Shown here: positions 1 through 11,360 of the stretch, piece after piece
How the letters are laid out: each line of letters starts with the position of its first letter
How positions within the stretch are numbered: position 1 is the stretch's first letter
DNA from: Eledone cirrhosa
Lineage: Eukaryota
NCBI GenBank assembly: GCA_964016885.1
Contig: OZ024743.1
Span: 35,898,001 to 35,962,000, forward strand
Direction of reading: 5' to 3'
DNA length: 64,000 nucleotides
Translations under genes and position numbers: made by a program
Notes under the pieces: generated by a model
What the model was told of the DNA's origin: nothing
Databases searched by the model: none
What the model saw: only the letters and a program-made list of their open reading frames with translations

Positions 1-380
1 TTTGTTGATAAGAAGAAAGACGTTAGATTTAGTAGATGCTATAAATAAATAAATAAATATATGGCTTCGTATCTATCTATATGTATTTAGTTACGCTGTG
101 AAATTAGGCCCACGAGGATATTTTCGGCTGCTTGCATGAGGATCCTAGCGACGTGCTTCAATGCTATTCAACGATTCAATAAGAGCGGCTCACCTTTCAT
201 TCATAATTTTCTTTGAAGACAGTTTTCTGTGTGATTGATGTAAGCTTGGATTAATGGTATATCTTTGGAATGTTTTTTGTTGTTTGATCCTCACCCCAGC
301 CCTGTGGTAGCAGACCTATGGTTAAATGAGTTCCAGGCGTTACCATTCAATTTTTCATTCAGAATAGTGTAGCTATGACA

Positions 381-510
381 AAGCGGTGAATTGGTAGAGC
401 CATTAGGGCGGCGGTTAACATGCGACGCTAATGGCAACTTTGTCTTTCATTTTTTTTCGGGGTCGATATATAAAGTAACAGACCAATACTAGGTTCGATT
501 TCTTCGCTAC
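381..510 (+). mobile_element. Degenerate octopod-type tRNA-derived SINE fragment
   Basis: gcggtgaattggtagag head and aactttgtctttcat...cggggtcgat...aaagta body match the better copies at 22148-22365 and 41944-42116. Confidence 0.6.
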
Positions 511-877
511 TCGAGTTTGGAAGAACTCGCCTGTGTTCAGATCTGGAGGGATACTGCAAGGTTAAAAAAAAAGGCCCAATATACGCCGTATGTCATGAGA
601 GCGTCCCTACGTCCTTATTAAGAGTTATAGAACAAGTGACAGTGACAGTAACGACAACGACTACATTAATCTTTCCTTACGTAAGATCGTAGTAGGGTGT
701 GATATTGTTCACTTATCTTTTTACTGGGACATCGCCTTCAAGGAAATTAGACGATCATAGCAACCTCAGTACTTTTATTGTTTTTAAGTCTGGTACGTAT
801 TTTATCGGTCTCTTTTTGTCGAACCGTACAGTTTACAGGACACAAACAGACACACACCTATATGCACGCACGCAGCA

Positions 878-950
<73 letters not shown>

Positions 951-952
<2 letters not shown>

Positions 953-1165
953 CAAAGAGGGTGTGGTAAGATGCCAGGTGGACCATAACGCACCAGAGTA
1001 CTCAATACTTAACTTTGATAACTTTGATAGGTTTTGGCCAGTATTGGCCCAGGCCATGTCTAACTTAATAACATCACTTAGGGTAGTAGAGTGGGTGATA
1101 GAAAAAGAGTCAGGACCCTGACGGCTGAGCTCCGGCCGTTTCGACAGCTAGATCCTGACTCTTTT

Positions 1166-1168
<3 letters not shown>
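951..1168 (-). mobile_element. PLE pseudo-LTR family A (variant) carrying a ~65-bp CR1 3'-end insertion
   Basis: gtggtaag..ccaggtggaccataacgcacc..gtactcaatactta / gggtagtagagtgg matches copies at 1877, 33698, 47790 and 48217; interrupted at ~1010-1075 by actttgata..ttttggccagtattggcccaggccatgtctaacttaata, the 3' end of the CR1 at 45011 and 60217. Confidence 0.75.
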
Positions 1169-1216
<48 letters not shown>

Positions 1217-1219
<3 letters not shown>

Positions 1220-1851
1220 AACAAGTAAGACCCCGACGGCTGAGCTCAAGCCGTTTCGACGGCTAATTCTGGACTGAATAAAAATTTATTCTGGTATTTA
1301 AATAGCCGAGCTTATCAAGGGGTAATTCCATATATGGTCAAAGAGACAATCACCAGGATTAGTCACATCACAAGTTAGTAGTAAATCGGTGATGGCAAAT
1401 TGGTGGGGGAAGGGGTAGCTAAACCTGCCGGTAGGAGAAAAAGGGAGAGGAGGTGGAGTAGACCCATTCATGAGTTGGTAGTGCCGGCTACAGCTGGGCG
1501 TGAGGTCAAATGGATACTGGGGAGGGGGAGGGGGAGGAATTCGAAACGGTAAGTAGAACAATGGAGGGTAAAACTATAAACAGTACTGAGAGAGAAAAAA
1601 AAAAAAAAAAAAAAAAGCAAAGTCTGGTTACTAAGACTTAAGTCTCTCGCTATTGCTAGGTTAAAGAAATACATAAATAAATAAACAAATACGTGAATAA
1701 AAGAATAGATAAATAAATTATTTGATAACTTTGATAGGTTTTGGCCAGTATTGGCCCAGGCCATGTCTAACTTAATAACATCACTTAGGGTAGTAGAATG
1801 GGTAATAGAAAAAGAGTCAGGACCCTGACGGCTGAGCTCCGGCCATTTCGA
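1217..1851 (-). mobile_element. Non-coding PLE-derived element (family A) with HHR-bearing pseudo-LTR and a second copy of the pLTR/CR1 chimera at 1721-1851
   Basis: Family A sequence at both ends, HHR at 1230-1323, left end abuts (TA)n. Confidence 0.65.
1230..1323 (-). ncRNA. Type I hammerhead ribozyme, U3-A8 core variant
   Basis: Minus strand: ACCCC-TTGATAA-G(CT)CGGCTA..TAGCCG(T)C-GAAA-CGGCT TGAGCTC AGCCG-TC-GGGGT; stems I, II and III all pair. Confidence 0.75.
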
Positions 1852-1876
1852 TTTATTTATCTATTCTTTATTTATC

Positions 1877-2146
<270 letters not shown>

Positions 2147-2181
2147 ATATATAATATATAATATGAATTTATCCCAAATCT

Positions 2182-2290
2182 CTGAAGAAGTGACAACTGA
2201 TTATACATTTGCTATCGAATACTTGCTAACATTATATGATTACGCAAGCAGCGATACATAGGTATTCGGTCTGTTACAGAAACATATGTC
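2182..2290 (+). ncRNA. HHR-like motif with ~90-nt domain II (duplicate at 2802-2910)
   Basis: CTGAAGA-A-GTGACA...TGTTAC-A-GAAAC-ATAT-GTC with palindromic loop III; stem I poorly supported. Confidence 0.4.
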
Positions 2291-2344
2291 AATACCTAAT
2301 AAATTCCTTTTTTAACAAAAGCACTTTCATTTTATATTCATCCT

Positions 2345-2434
<90 letters not shown>

Positions 2435-2511
2435 GGTGTTGGATGCTTAAGGCGTCCGTATGCGGTAGGCCGTTTGAGCGCTCGATGCTCTTATAGAGCA
2501 GAGTATGATAT

Positions 2512-2607
2512 CACAGATCTGAGGACCTTGCGATTTTCAGAGTCAGGTTCGATCATCACATCGATCGTGCCTCGAGCTGGTGGCCAGAGAAACGATTGTA
2601 ATATGTC
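2512..2607 (+). ncRNA. HHR-like motif with ~63-nt domain II (family C; duplicate at 3096-3191)
   Basis: ACAGAT-CTGAGGA...GAAA-CGATTG-TA-ATATGT; the homologue at 47610-47705 has a 7-bp stem I. Confidence 0.55.
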
Positions 2608-2649
2608 CAATAAATTCCATTCGTCGCAACACTGATTCTCTTTTTTTCT

Positions 2650-2766
<117 letters not shown>

Positions 2767-2964
2767 ATATATAATATATAATATGAATTTATCCCAAATC
2801 TCTGAAGAAGTGACAACTGATTATACATTTGCTATCGAATACTTGCTAACATTATATGATTACGCAAGCAGCGATACATAGGTATTCGGTCTGTTACAGA
2901 AACATATGTCAATACCTAATAAATTCCTTTTTTAACAAAAGCACTTTCATTTTATATTCATCCT

Positions 2965-3018
<54 letters not shown>

Positions 3019-3233
3019 GGTGTTGGATGCTTAAGGCGTCCGTATGCGGTAGGCCGTTTGAGCGCTCGATGCTCTTATAGAGCAGAGTATGATATCACAG
3101 ATCTGAGGACCTTGCGATTTTCAGAGTCAGGTTCGATCATCACATCGATCGTGCCTCGAGCTGGTGGCCAGAGAAACGATTGTAATATGTCCAATAAATT
3201 CCATTCGTCGCAACACTGATTCTCTTTTTTTCT

Positions 3234-3279
<46 letters not shown>

Positions 3280-3295
3280 AGAAAAAAAGAGAATC

Positions 3296-3406
<111 letters not shown>

Positions 3407-3556
3407 CACGGGTGTGTATGATTGTGTATAGAAGATTATATTAATAAGAGGAATTCCAACTTTGTCTGATTTACTCGTTTTATTTACAATCCTTTAAAAT
3501 ATATAATGGTATTATAATGAAATAGTATGATAGAATATTAAATTCTAAGTGTTAAT

Positions 3557-3595
3557 TGAACAAGTACTTTCATGCTTTCGCAATCTTCAGGTTCA
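3557..3595 (-). ncRNA. Minimal type I hammerhead ribozyme in 3' pLTR
   Basis: TGAAC-CTGAAGA-T TGC GAAA GCA T-GAAA-GTAC-TT-GTTCA; palindromic AAGTACTT in domain III. Confidence 0.85.
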
Positions 3596-3983
3596 TAATA
3601 TGTGGTGACAGTCAAGTTTGCAATTTTCAACTGTAATAAGATGGGTAAATTTCCTACCTTTTATACATTTTATACAGAGAAAAGTGGCTCCAGAATGCTA
3701 AGCCCTGTAAACTGTATTTCGACCAATCAGTGTGTAGTTTCACTGAATTACTAAAGCTGATTGGTTTAAGCGTCACGGCTGGTTGAGCATGTTAACGACC
3801 AATAATCATATCCAAAGCATCCATTGTTTGGCTATTTTTAGAAATGATGAAAATAGCATTTTCTATTAACCATCACCATCAACATCACTTTTATTATTAT
3901 TATTATTGTTGTTGTTGTTGTTGTTAGTGGTCGTAGTCATAGTGGTAGTAGAAGTAATACCCCTAAGCGTTATTATTGTTCAT

Positions 3984-5254
3984 TTAGCATGGGTTTGAAT
4001 TTATCAATAAAATTCTTTTCTTTGATTTTCTTTTGATTTCACTTGGGCTGTGTAATTTGTAGAATGGGAATATTATAAATATTCCCTGACCACATGTTGC
4101 TAGATGGTTGCTTAGGGGTATCTGACGGACATTTGGGTCTCTGATTTGTTGACGGTGTACCCGTGCACGTTCCAATAGTGCATTTCCAGTTTGACCGACA
4201 TATAGTTCTTCACAATTCGGGCATTTAATGCAGTAAATTAGATTTCTGCTTTTGCAGTTCATATTTGCATTTGGGAATATTTTTCCAGTTTTTGTTTTCA
4301 TATATTGACCGGCGCGTATGGATTGACATGTGCCGCATCGACTATCATTGCATTTAGATACAGTGAATGATTGGTCTTTGTTGTTAAGGTCAAACTTTGC
4401 TTTTGTTAGTAATTGCTTCAAATTTTTTGGCTGTCTTTTACTAAGAGTCAAAGATCGATCTGTGATTAAGCCTTTTAATTCATTACTTTGAGCAATGATC
4501 GGTAGGTTTGCTTTGGCAGTGTTGAAGATATTCTGGTGACATGGGTTGTGTGTCATTATAAATGGTATGACCAGTTCTTGGTTTCTTCTTCCTTGGGTTG
4601 TCCTAAGTTGTTGTATAGGTATTTTTATAGCCCGCTGTATGCCATTTTCTATAAGTAGAGATGGGTATTTTTGTTTGAGCAAAAATTCTCTTAGTTCTGT
4701 TAGGCGTTTGTACCTGGTATTCGTATCTTCTACAATGGTACAAATTCTTCTGGCTAGGCAGTATGGGATGTTGCGTTTTGTATGAGGTGGATGGCACGAC
4801 TTAAAATTCAGATATTGATGGGTGTCTGTGTGTTTATAATATATATCCGTGGTAATGGTGGTGTCGTTTTTGATTATCATTATATCTAGGAATGGTAATT
4901 TGGTCCTACTCATCTCTTTTGTGAATTGGAGAGATGGGCGTAGGTTATTCAGGAGGATATTGAACTCATCCAGAGTATCTAGAGATTCTGTCCAGATGAT
5001 GAAACAGTCGTCAAGGTATCTCTTCCAAGATCTTTCAATGTACTTTCTAAAGTCAGTACTATATTTTTCCTCTATTTCTTGGTAGAGTTGTTGTTCTAAG
5101 TATCCCATTACAGAGTTCGCGTAAACGGGAGCAAACTTCGTTCCCATCGCTGTGCCTCTAATTTGGATGTAATTCTTTCCATTGAAGAAGAAAGTGTTGT
5201 TTTCCAGAATAAGTTTAACTGCGTCTAATATAAATGGCGCTCTGAATCTAATTG
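3984..5254 (-). pseudogene. PLE reverse transcriptase (C-terminal part) plus GIY-YIG endonuclease
   Basis: QIRGTAMGTKFAP, WKRYLDDCF, FLDI, YYKHTDTHQYL, Cys linker CNDSRCGTC, NLIYCIKC..LYVGQTG..R; the first ~30 aa of the listed ORF come from the inverted pLTR. Confidence 0.92.
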
Positions 5255-5351
5255 TGGAGCCACTTTTCTCTGTATAAAATGTATAAAAGGTAGGAAATTT
5301 ACCCATCTTATTACAGTTGAAAATTGCAAACTTGACTGTCACCACATATTA

Positions 5352-5390
5352 TGAACCTGAAGATTGCGAAAGCATGAAAGTACTTGTTCA
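5352..5390 (+). ncRNA. Minimal type I hammerhead ribozyme in inverted pLTR
   Basis: Reverse complement of 3557-3595. Confidence 0.85.
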
Positions 5391-5520
5391 ATTAACACTT
5401 AGAATTTAATATTCTATCATACTATTTCATTATAATACCATTATATATTTTAAAGGATTGTAAATAAAACGAGTAAATCAGACAAAGTTGGAATTCCTCT
5501 TATTAATATATATATATATA

Positions 5521-5945
5521 TATATATGAATGTATATATAGTGTATTTTGCAATACACTGTATGCTTAATTAAAAGCATTTCGAAGACCTTACGCTATTG
5601 TTTTAGAGTAGTGACAGTCTCACTTACTTTTAATTTTCAGCAAACCGGTAACCGCTCTTTATAATCAGTTCCTTATTATTACTAGAATTCTATAAGAATC
5701 AAACATTCATGATTTTCAGCAGACAGGTGGAGTAGTTAGCTTTGATAAGTACCAAAAAGTACGAAACAGAGCTCTGTCAGCTTTATCTCCCCTGTTTGCT
5801 TAAAATTTAAAGTAAGTGAGACTGTCACTACTCTAAAACAATAGCGTAAGGTCTTCGAAATGCTTTTAATTAAGCATACAGTGTATTGCAAAATACACTA
5901 TATATACATTCATATATATATCGCTATTTCAGAGCACCAATTCTA
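5521..5945 (+). mobile_element. PLE-derived fold-back element (family B)
   Basis: ~115-bp inverted repeat 5521-5636 / 5806-5920, terminal tcgctatttcagagcac shared with 34374-34391, internal HHR. Confidence 0.75.
5738..5782 (+). ncRNA. Type I hammerhead ribozyme, U3-A8 core variant
   Basis: AGCT-TTGATAA-GTAC CAAAAA GTAC-GAA-ACAGAGCTCTGT-C-AGCT; domain III is a perfect 12-nt palindrome; distal stem acagg.ggag/ctcc.cctgt. Confidence 0.8.
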
Positions 5946-5964
5946 ATTTTATATATATATATAT

Positions 5965-6381
5965 AATAGTCCACTACGATGATAAAAAAGTAGGGAGCCA
6001 ACGTATCTCCCTGGAGCACTCCAGCCAGTATCTCAAAGAACTCTGTCATCCCATCAGGTGTAATGACTTGGGCTTTGGTGTTGGTGTAGAGCAGTGATGT
6101 CAGGTCCACTATCTTCTTGGGGATTCCATATGCCTGTAAGATCTTCATCAGGCAGTGACGGTCCACAGAATCAAAGGCCTTCCTAAAGTCAATGAAAACC
6201 ATGACCGCAGGAAGGCACTTTGCTCTAGCTCCCTCTAATATCCTCCTCAGCATCAGGATGTGACTGGTGGTTGATCTTCCCTCTCTGAAGCCGTTCTGGT
6301 TGTCCCTGAGCTTCTTCTCCATCTCCTGGATCCTGTTAAGAATCATCCTGTTGAGGGTCTTTGCCACAAGTGACGTCAGTA
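5965..6381 (-). pseudogene. RTE-group LINE RT fragment (inverted 5' segment)
   Basis: NQNGFREGRST, FIDFRKAFDSV, GVLQGDTLAPY. Confidence 0.9.
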
Positions 6382-7200
6382 GCACCGGCTCAGAGCAGGA
6401 GAGTTAGGGCGAAAAAGGTATCGGATGCTGAATTTGCCGACGACATAGTTTTGGTGACAAATACAGTGAAGGAGGCAGAGGATTTGATGCGGGAGGTTGA
6501 GACTGTGTCGATGAGAGTGAGGCTGAGAATGAATGAGACTAAAACAAAATATCTGGTAGAGAATGTTGAGAAGCCAGAGGGGATCACTAATGTAGGCGGT
6601 AAGCCGCTAGAATTGGTTGAGCACTTCCTGTATTTGGGAGCAAAGATTGGGAATACGGAAGATGATAGGTTGAGAGGAAGAGCAAAGCCTGGGCAGCGTG
6701 CCACAGCCTGAGATCGGTGTGGAAGTCGGACCTTCGTAAAGACCTGAAAATCCGCCTCTTCATTGCTGTAGTGGAGTCGGTGCTGTTGTACGGGTCTGAG
6801 ACTTGGACACTGACCAAGAAAGTCACTCAGATGATGGATGGGTGCTACACGAGAATGCTGAGGATGGCTCTGAACATTAATCAGTATACACTGAGGATGA
6901 AAAACTCAGAGCTGTATGGGAGCCTCCCAAAAGTCAGTTCAAAAGTGACACAGAGGAGACTGAGGTTAGCTGGACATGCTCACCGACATCCAGAGTTGAC
7001 ATTGCATTCAGTGCTCTTGTGGGAGCCCCTACATGGACACACTGGAAGAGTAAGACCAAGGTTAACGTATGTTGATGCCCTAAGGACAGACACTGGTCTG
7101 TTGGAGACGCAGGACATGGCAGCGATAATGAGGGACAGAGACCGCTGGAGAGAACTCGTCCATGGATCTCTGGAATTTTACCCGCCCTAGAGACTAAAAC
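6382..7200 (+). pseudogene. RTE-group LINE RT C-terminal part and 3' end (frameshifted)
   Basis: EFADDIVL, KTKYL, FLYLG, SVLLYGSETWTL, RRLRLAGH, LWEP.HG..RPRLTY. Confidence 0.9.
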
Positions 7201-7402
7201 AATATATGTGTATATATATATATAGGGAGTGTAACTTGGAGTGCAACATTTTCTTATACCATTTTAAAGGGTCCGTCGAGCTGCCGATTATTGAGTCGGG
7301 TAAGATCGATACAGATCGAATCTTGAGCTGATCAGTGGCGAATCGCGCGTCACCTACCAACAAATGTAATGAAGGAGTAACCAATCGTCCTTGTTATCCT
7401 TT

Positions 7403-7454
<52 letters not shown>

Positions 7455-8124
7455 AGGGTTGACGGACCCAGCATATTTATCAATGCCAGTATATATATAT
7501 ATACACACATATACATATAGCAGAAGAGCTTCCGTACAGGTTACATCTATCAAATTTCCCTCGCAGTCCGAGACTATAGGAGAATGCAAGGAGACTATAG
7601 GAGAATTGACCAAAGTGTTTCGTAGTGGGAATAATTCCGAAACCACATGGTTGCAAAGCGAACACCTTAAACACACAGCTATGTCTGCAGCAGAAGGAGA
7701 TTTTACTGTTATTTCTAACATATCAAACGACCACGTAGATACTCCTGAGTTGACCCGTGGGAATGTGTATTTATTAAATGGAAATAATAGATACATTTAA
7801 GAAATATGGTAATGAAAGAGTTAAGTAATCATATTGAAGGCTTCCCCACAGCCCTGGCGGACCGTATGTGTATTTATTGTTGTTCTAGCCTAGTTGTTTT
7901 TGTGTGTTTATGTTTGCTTTTATTAACACTACTCCTTGATATCAACAACATTGATATTCTAGAAACTAGACCGACGCCATCTTTATATAATTGGTGAAAC
8001 ACACTTTTAGTTGTTTATTTGGTTTATATAATTTGATATTATTTTATATTTATATAATTTGATATTTCTCCACTAGGTGTCACTTGAGTATGTGAGATCG
8101 AACACATGCACTCACCAAGCCGTG

Positions 8125-8790
8125 TCTCCTTCTCTCTCTCTACACCCCCTACACTCTCTCACTCATTCTCTCTCTCTTTTGTCTTGCCTTTTTCTGTATC
8201 TCTCGTTAATGTCCCTTCCACTTCTCTTCGCAGCATCTCTCTTCCTCTCTCACTGTCTGTATGTCTCTCTCTTCCCCCTCTCTCCCTCCCTCTGCTTCTT
8301 TCTACAGATATTTCTCTCTCTCTCACCTTCTCTCTCTCTCTTTCCCTCTTTCTCCCTTTACTTCTTTCTACAGATCTCTCTCCCTCTCTCTCCCTCTGCT
8401 TCTTTTTACATATATTTCTCTATCCCTCTCCTTCTCTCTGCTTCTCTCTCCCTCTACTTCTTTTTACAGATCTCTCTCTCCCTCTCCCTCTACTTCTTTC
8501 TACAGATATTTCTATCTCCCTGTCTCTCTCTCCCTCTCTCTCTCTCACCCATTCTATTTATTCCTCTCTACTTCTCCCTATCACAACACTCTTCACGGTA
8601 TCTCACTCTTCCTTTCTCTCTCTCCCTCCTCTTCCTTCTCTCCCCATTCTCTCCCTTTCTCTCCCTCCCCTCCTTTCCCTCCCTCCTTCTCTCTCCCCTC
8701 CTTTCCCTCCCTCCCTCTCTCTCTTACCTTCTCCCCCCTCTCCCCCTTCTCTCCTATTCTCTCCCTCCCTCTCTTTCTCTCTCTCTCCCC
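8125..8790. repeat. CT-rich low-complexity tract with internal ctacttctttctacagat repeats
   Basis: Direct reading. Confidence 0.9.
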
Positions 8791-9067
8791 ATTTAAGTTC
8801 GTTCCAACTAAAGTATTCAGACATGTAGTCATGCGGACAATCAAAGAGACACTCTATGTGTGATGACTTCTCACATGATTAGAGAAGCTAGGACTCATTT
8901 GTTTTCATATCTCTCCGCTAGGTGTCGCCCGCGAACGAGACCGACTGACCTTCATTGTAAACGCATCGTTTCATCGCGAAACATACAGATCCATCATTGA
9001 AGTTACACCAAATAGAAACGCCCCACTCTTCAACCATCTAATTTTAACTGCCCTAAACTATCATTCG

Positions 9068-9228
9068 AGGTGCCGAATTGGCAGACCCGTTAGAGCGTTG
9101 AATATGATAATTCCTGGTTTTCATTGAGGCTCACTGCACCATGAGTTCAAATCACGTCGAAGTTAACTTTACCTTTCATGCATTCCAGAATGATAAATAA
9201 AATGCCAATTCAATACTGGTGTCGGTTC
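9068..9228 (+). mobile_element. Degenerate SINE
   Basis: ttggcag..cgttagagcg, gagttcaaatc..cgaagttaactttacctttcat. Confidence 0.65.
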
Positions 9229-9479
9229 TTCCTCTATATTCTTTTACTGACCGCCCCCTCTCTCTTTCTTGAGTTAGATATCACAGCAATGACTTAATAC
9301 GTATTTCACATAAGACTATTTAAAGTAATTATATATATTATTTCGCTACCCCCCTCTATCATAGCAAGGAAAGTTATGTGGGAGAGAAAGAAGAAAAATT
9401 AAAGAAATGAGAGGAAGTATGTGTTAGAGAGTAAGAAGAAAGAAACTAGGTAGAAAGTGTTAAAAAGAAGGAAACAGAC

Positions 9480-9620
9480 GCTAGAGAGATGAAGTAGAAA
9501 TATTCGAAGAGAGAGAGAGGGAGAGAGTGAGAGAGTGAGTGAGTGAGAGAGAGAGGGAGAGAGTGAGAGAGTGAGTGAGTGAGAGAGAGAGTGAGTGAGA
9601 GAGAAAGAGAGAGAGAGAGA

Positions 9621-9652
<32 letters not shown>

Positions 9653-9845
9653 ATGCGTGTGGATGATTGCAATATATTGTATAAGGGGGAATAAGAGTGA
9701 GAGAGAGAGAGGGGGAGAGAGAGGGAGAGAGAGAATGTGTGAATGAATGAAGTATAATGTATAAGAGAGAATAAGAGAGAGAGAGAGAGAGAGAAATAGA
9801 GGTAAAGAGTGTGGGAGGGAGGGAGAGAGAGAGAAGGGGGAAAGA
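9480..9845. repeat. GA-rich microsatellite
   Basis: Direct reading. Confidence 0.9.
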
Positions 9846-10129
9846 ACGCGAACATGGAGAGAAAGAGTGCGAGCTTGTTGCAATCAGCATCGTTTAACTA
9901 TGGTTTGTCTATCAATGTTCTTCAGCCTTCATGTGACGTCAATGTCACTCAACCTCGGTGTTCAGACCGTGTTTCAAAGCATCAAATAGTGAATAAATAG
10001 TTTATTAGGGAACATCTACGTAGTTGATTGACCTGCTGAAAATAACTGCTAAATCTCTCTTAAACCACACTCAACTGTTTTATATAAGGGATAATGTAAT
10101 AGAAAAGAGCTAGTGCGTCAATAGTGTTG

Positions 10130-10235
10130 ATGGTGAAAGGTAAAGTTGAACCTCCGGGGATTTGAACTCAGAACACAGGAACGAATTCTGCCAAAGTATT
10201 CTATCCGACACTCTAACATCTTCGCCAAGTTGTCT
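10130..10235 (-). mobile_element. Degenerate SINE 5' part
   Basis: gaaaggtaaagttga..ggatttgaactcagaac. Confidence 0.6.
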
Positions 10236-10539
10236 CCTATGTAGAATAAGTGTAATATACATTAGTGTGTGAGTGGACATAGCAAACCGGAACAGTTAAG
10301 GAATTCGCTTCGCCATCATGAGGTACCGGTTTCATTTATCATAGTCTCAGGTCGACCCAAGCCATGAGAGAGAAACTGGACTAACGGAAAATGTATGGAA
10401 GCCGGTTGGATGGATTGTACCTATGATTCAAAGAAGTAGCCATGTCATGTATTGTGTCACGTTGATTCGGCTTGAGAATTAGTGATATGCTTGTGTATTA
10501 TGAAGGCTTATATATAAGGATCATTAGAACATCTGACTG

Positions 10540-10705
10540 ATAAAATGACAAGTCAGTCAATCATATTGGTGGCCTCCCCACAGCCCCGGCGGACAGAATG
10601 GAGAAGGCGTTTCCCCGGAGGACGGCAAGGGAGACGCCCTGGAAAAGCCATTCCAGCTCACGAGGCTCACACCTGCGGCAGGCCAGCTCAGCGCCTATGG
10701 TGGTG
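10540..10705 (-). mobile_element. CRE-like non-LTR retrotransposon 3' fragment
   Basis: Closely similar to 26689-26855 (ataaaatgacaagtcagtcaa..ccacagccccggc.gacagaatggagaaggcg). Confidence 0.75.
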
Positions 10706-11119
10706 TAAAGATTTATTTGTGGAACAATCAACAAACTACACGTGGATTCACGAGCTGGACGTTCAGTGGATCGAATAACTAAATGCTCAACGTTGATATC
10801 GATAAGGAATCTATCATATAGTGAGCCGATCGATCACAAAACAATTACATTGTGGTAATCTTTGACGGAATTACATATATTCGGCAGTCAATAGATACTG
10901 GTATCGATATGGCGTTTAGGAGCATGATGGAGGTGAAATGGAATAACTGGGTTCGTGATGAAGAAAAGCATTCAGGAAATGAGGCAGAATGGAAAGGGAT
11001 CTATGGCTGCCTCTGATCTAGGAAGGGATCGTTGAAGGAAATAAATAAATACAGACATTATCATCAAATCATTTAAGAGATGTAGAATTTCGAATACATT
11101 GGATGAAGCAGAATGTGGT

Positions 11120-11136
11120 ATGGTGATGATTATGAC

Positions 11137-11173
<37 letters not shown>

Positions 11174-11237
11174 GTGATGGTGACGATGGCGATTACGATG
11201 ATGAGGATGATGATGAAGAAGAAGAAGAAGATGATGA

Positions 11238-11276
<39 letters not shown>

Positions 11277-11304
11277 TGATGACGACGACGACGACGACGA
11301 CGAC

Positions 11305-11339
<35 letters not shown>

Positions 11340-11360
11340 GCAGGAGGAGGAGGAGGAAAG
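11120..11360. repeat. (GAT)n/(GAC)n/(GAA)n compound microsatellite
   Basis: Direct reading. Confidence 0.95.

Larger units (their letters stand above)
3437..5510 (-). mobile_element. 5'-truncated Penelope-like element (Neptune-like) with inverted pseudo-LTR
   Basis: ~255-bp inverted repeat 3437-3692 / 5255-5510 bracketing an RT-GIY-YIG ORF; each arm has an HHR. Confidence 0.92.

Noticed and set aside
7269-7355. HHR-like fold (GGT-CCGTCGA..GAAT-CGCGCG-TC-ACC)
   Set aside because: Three core positions deviate; at best a dead relic
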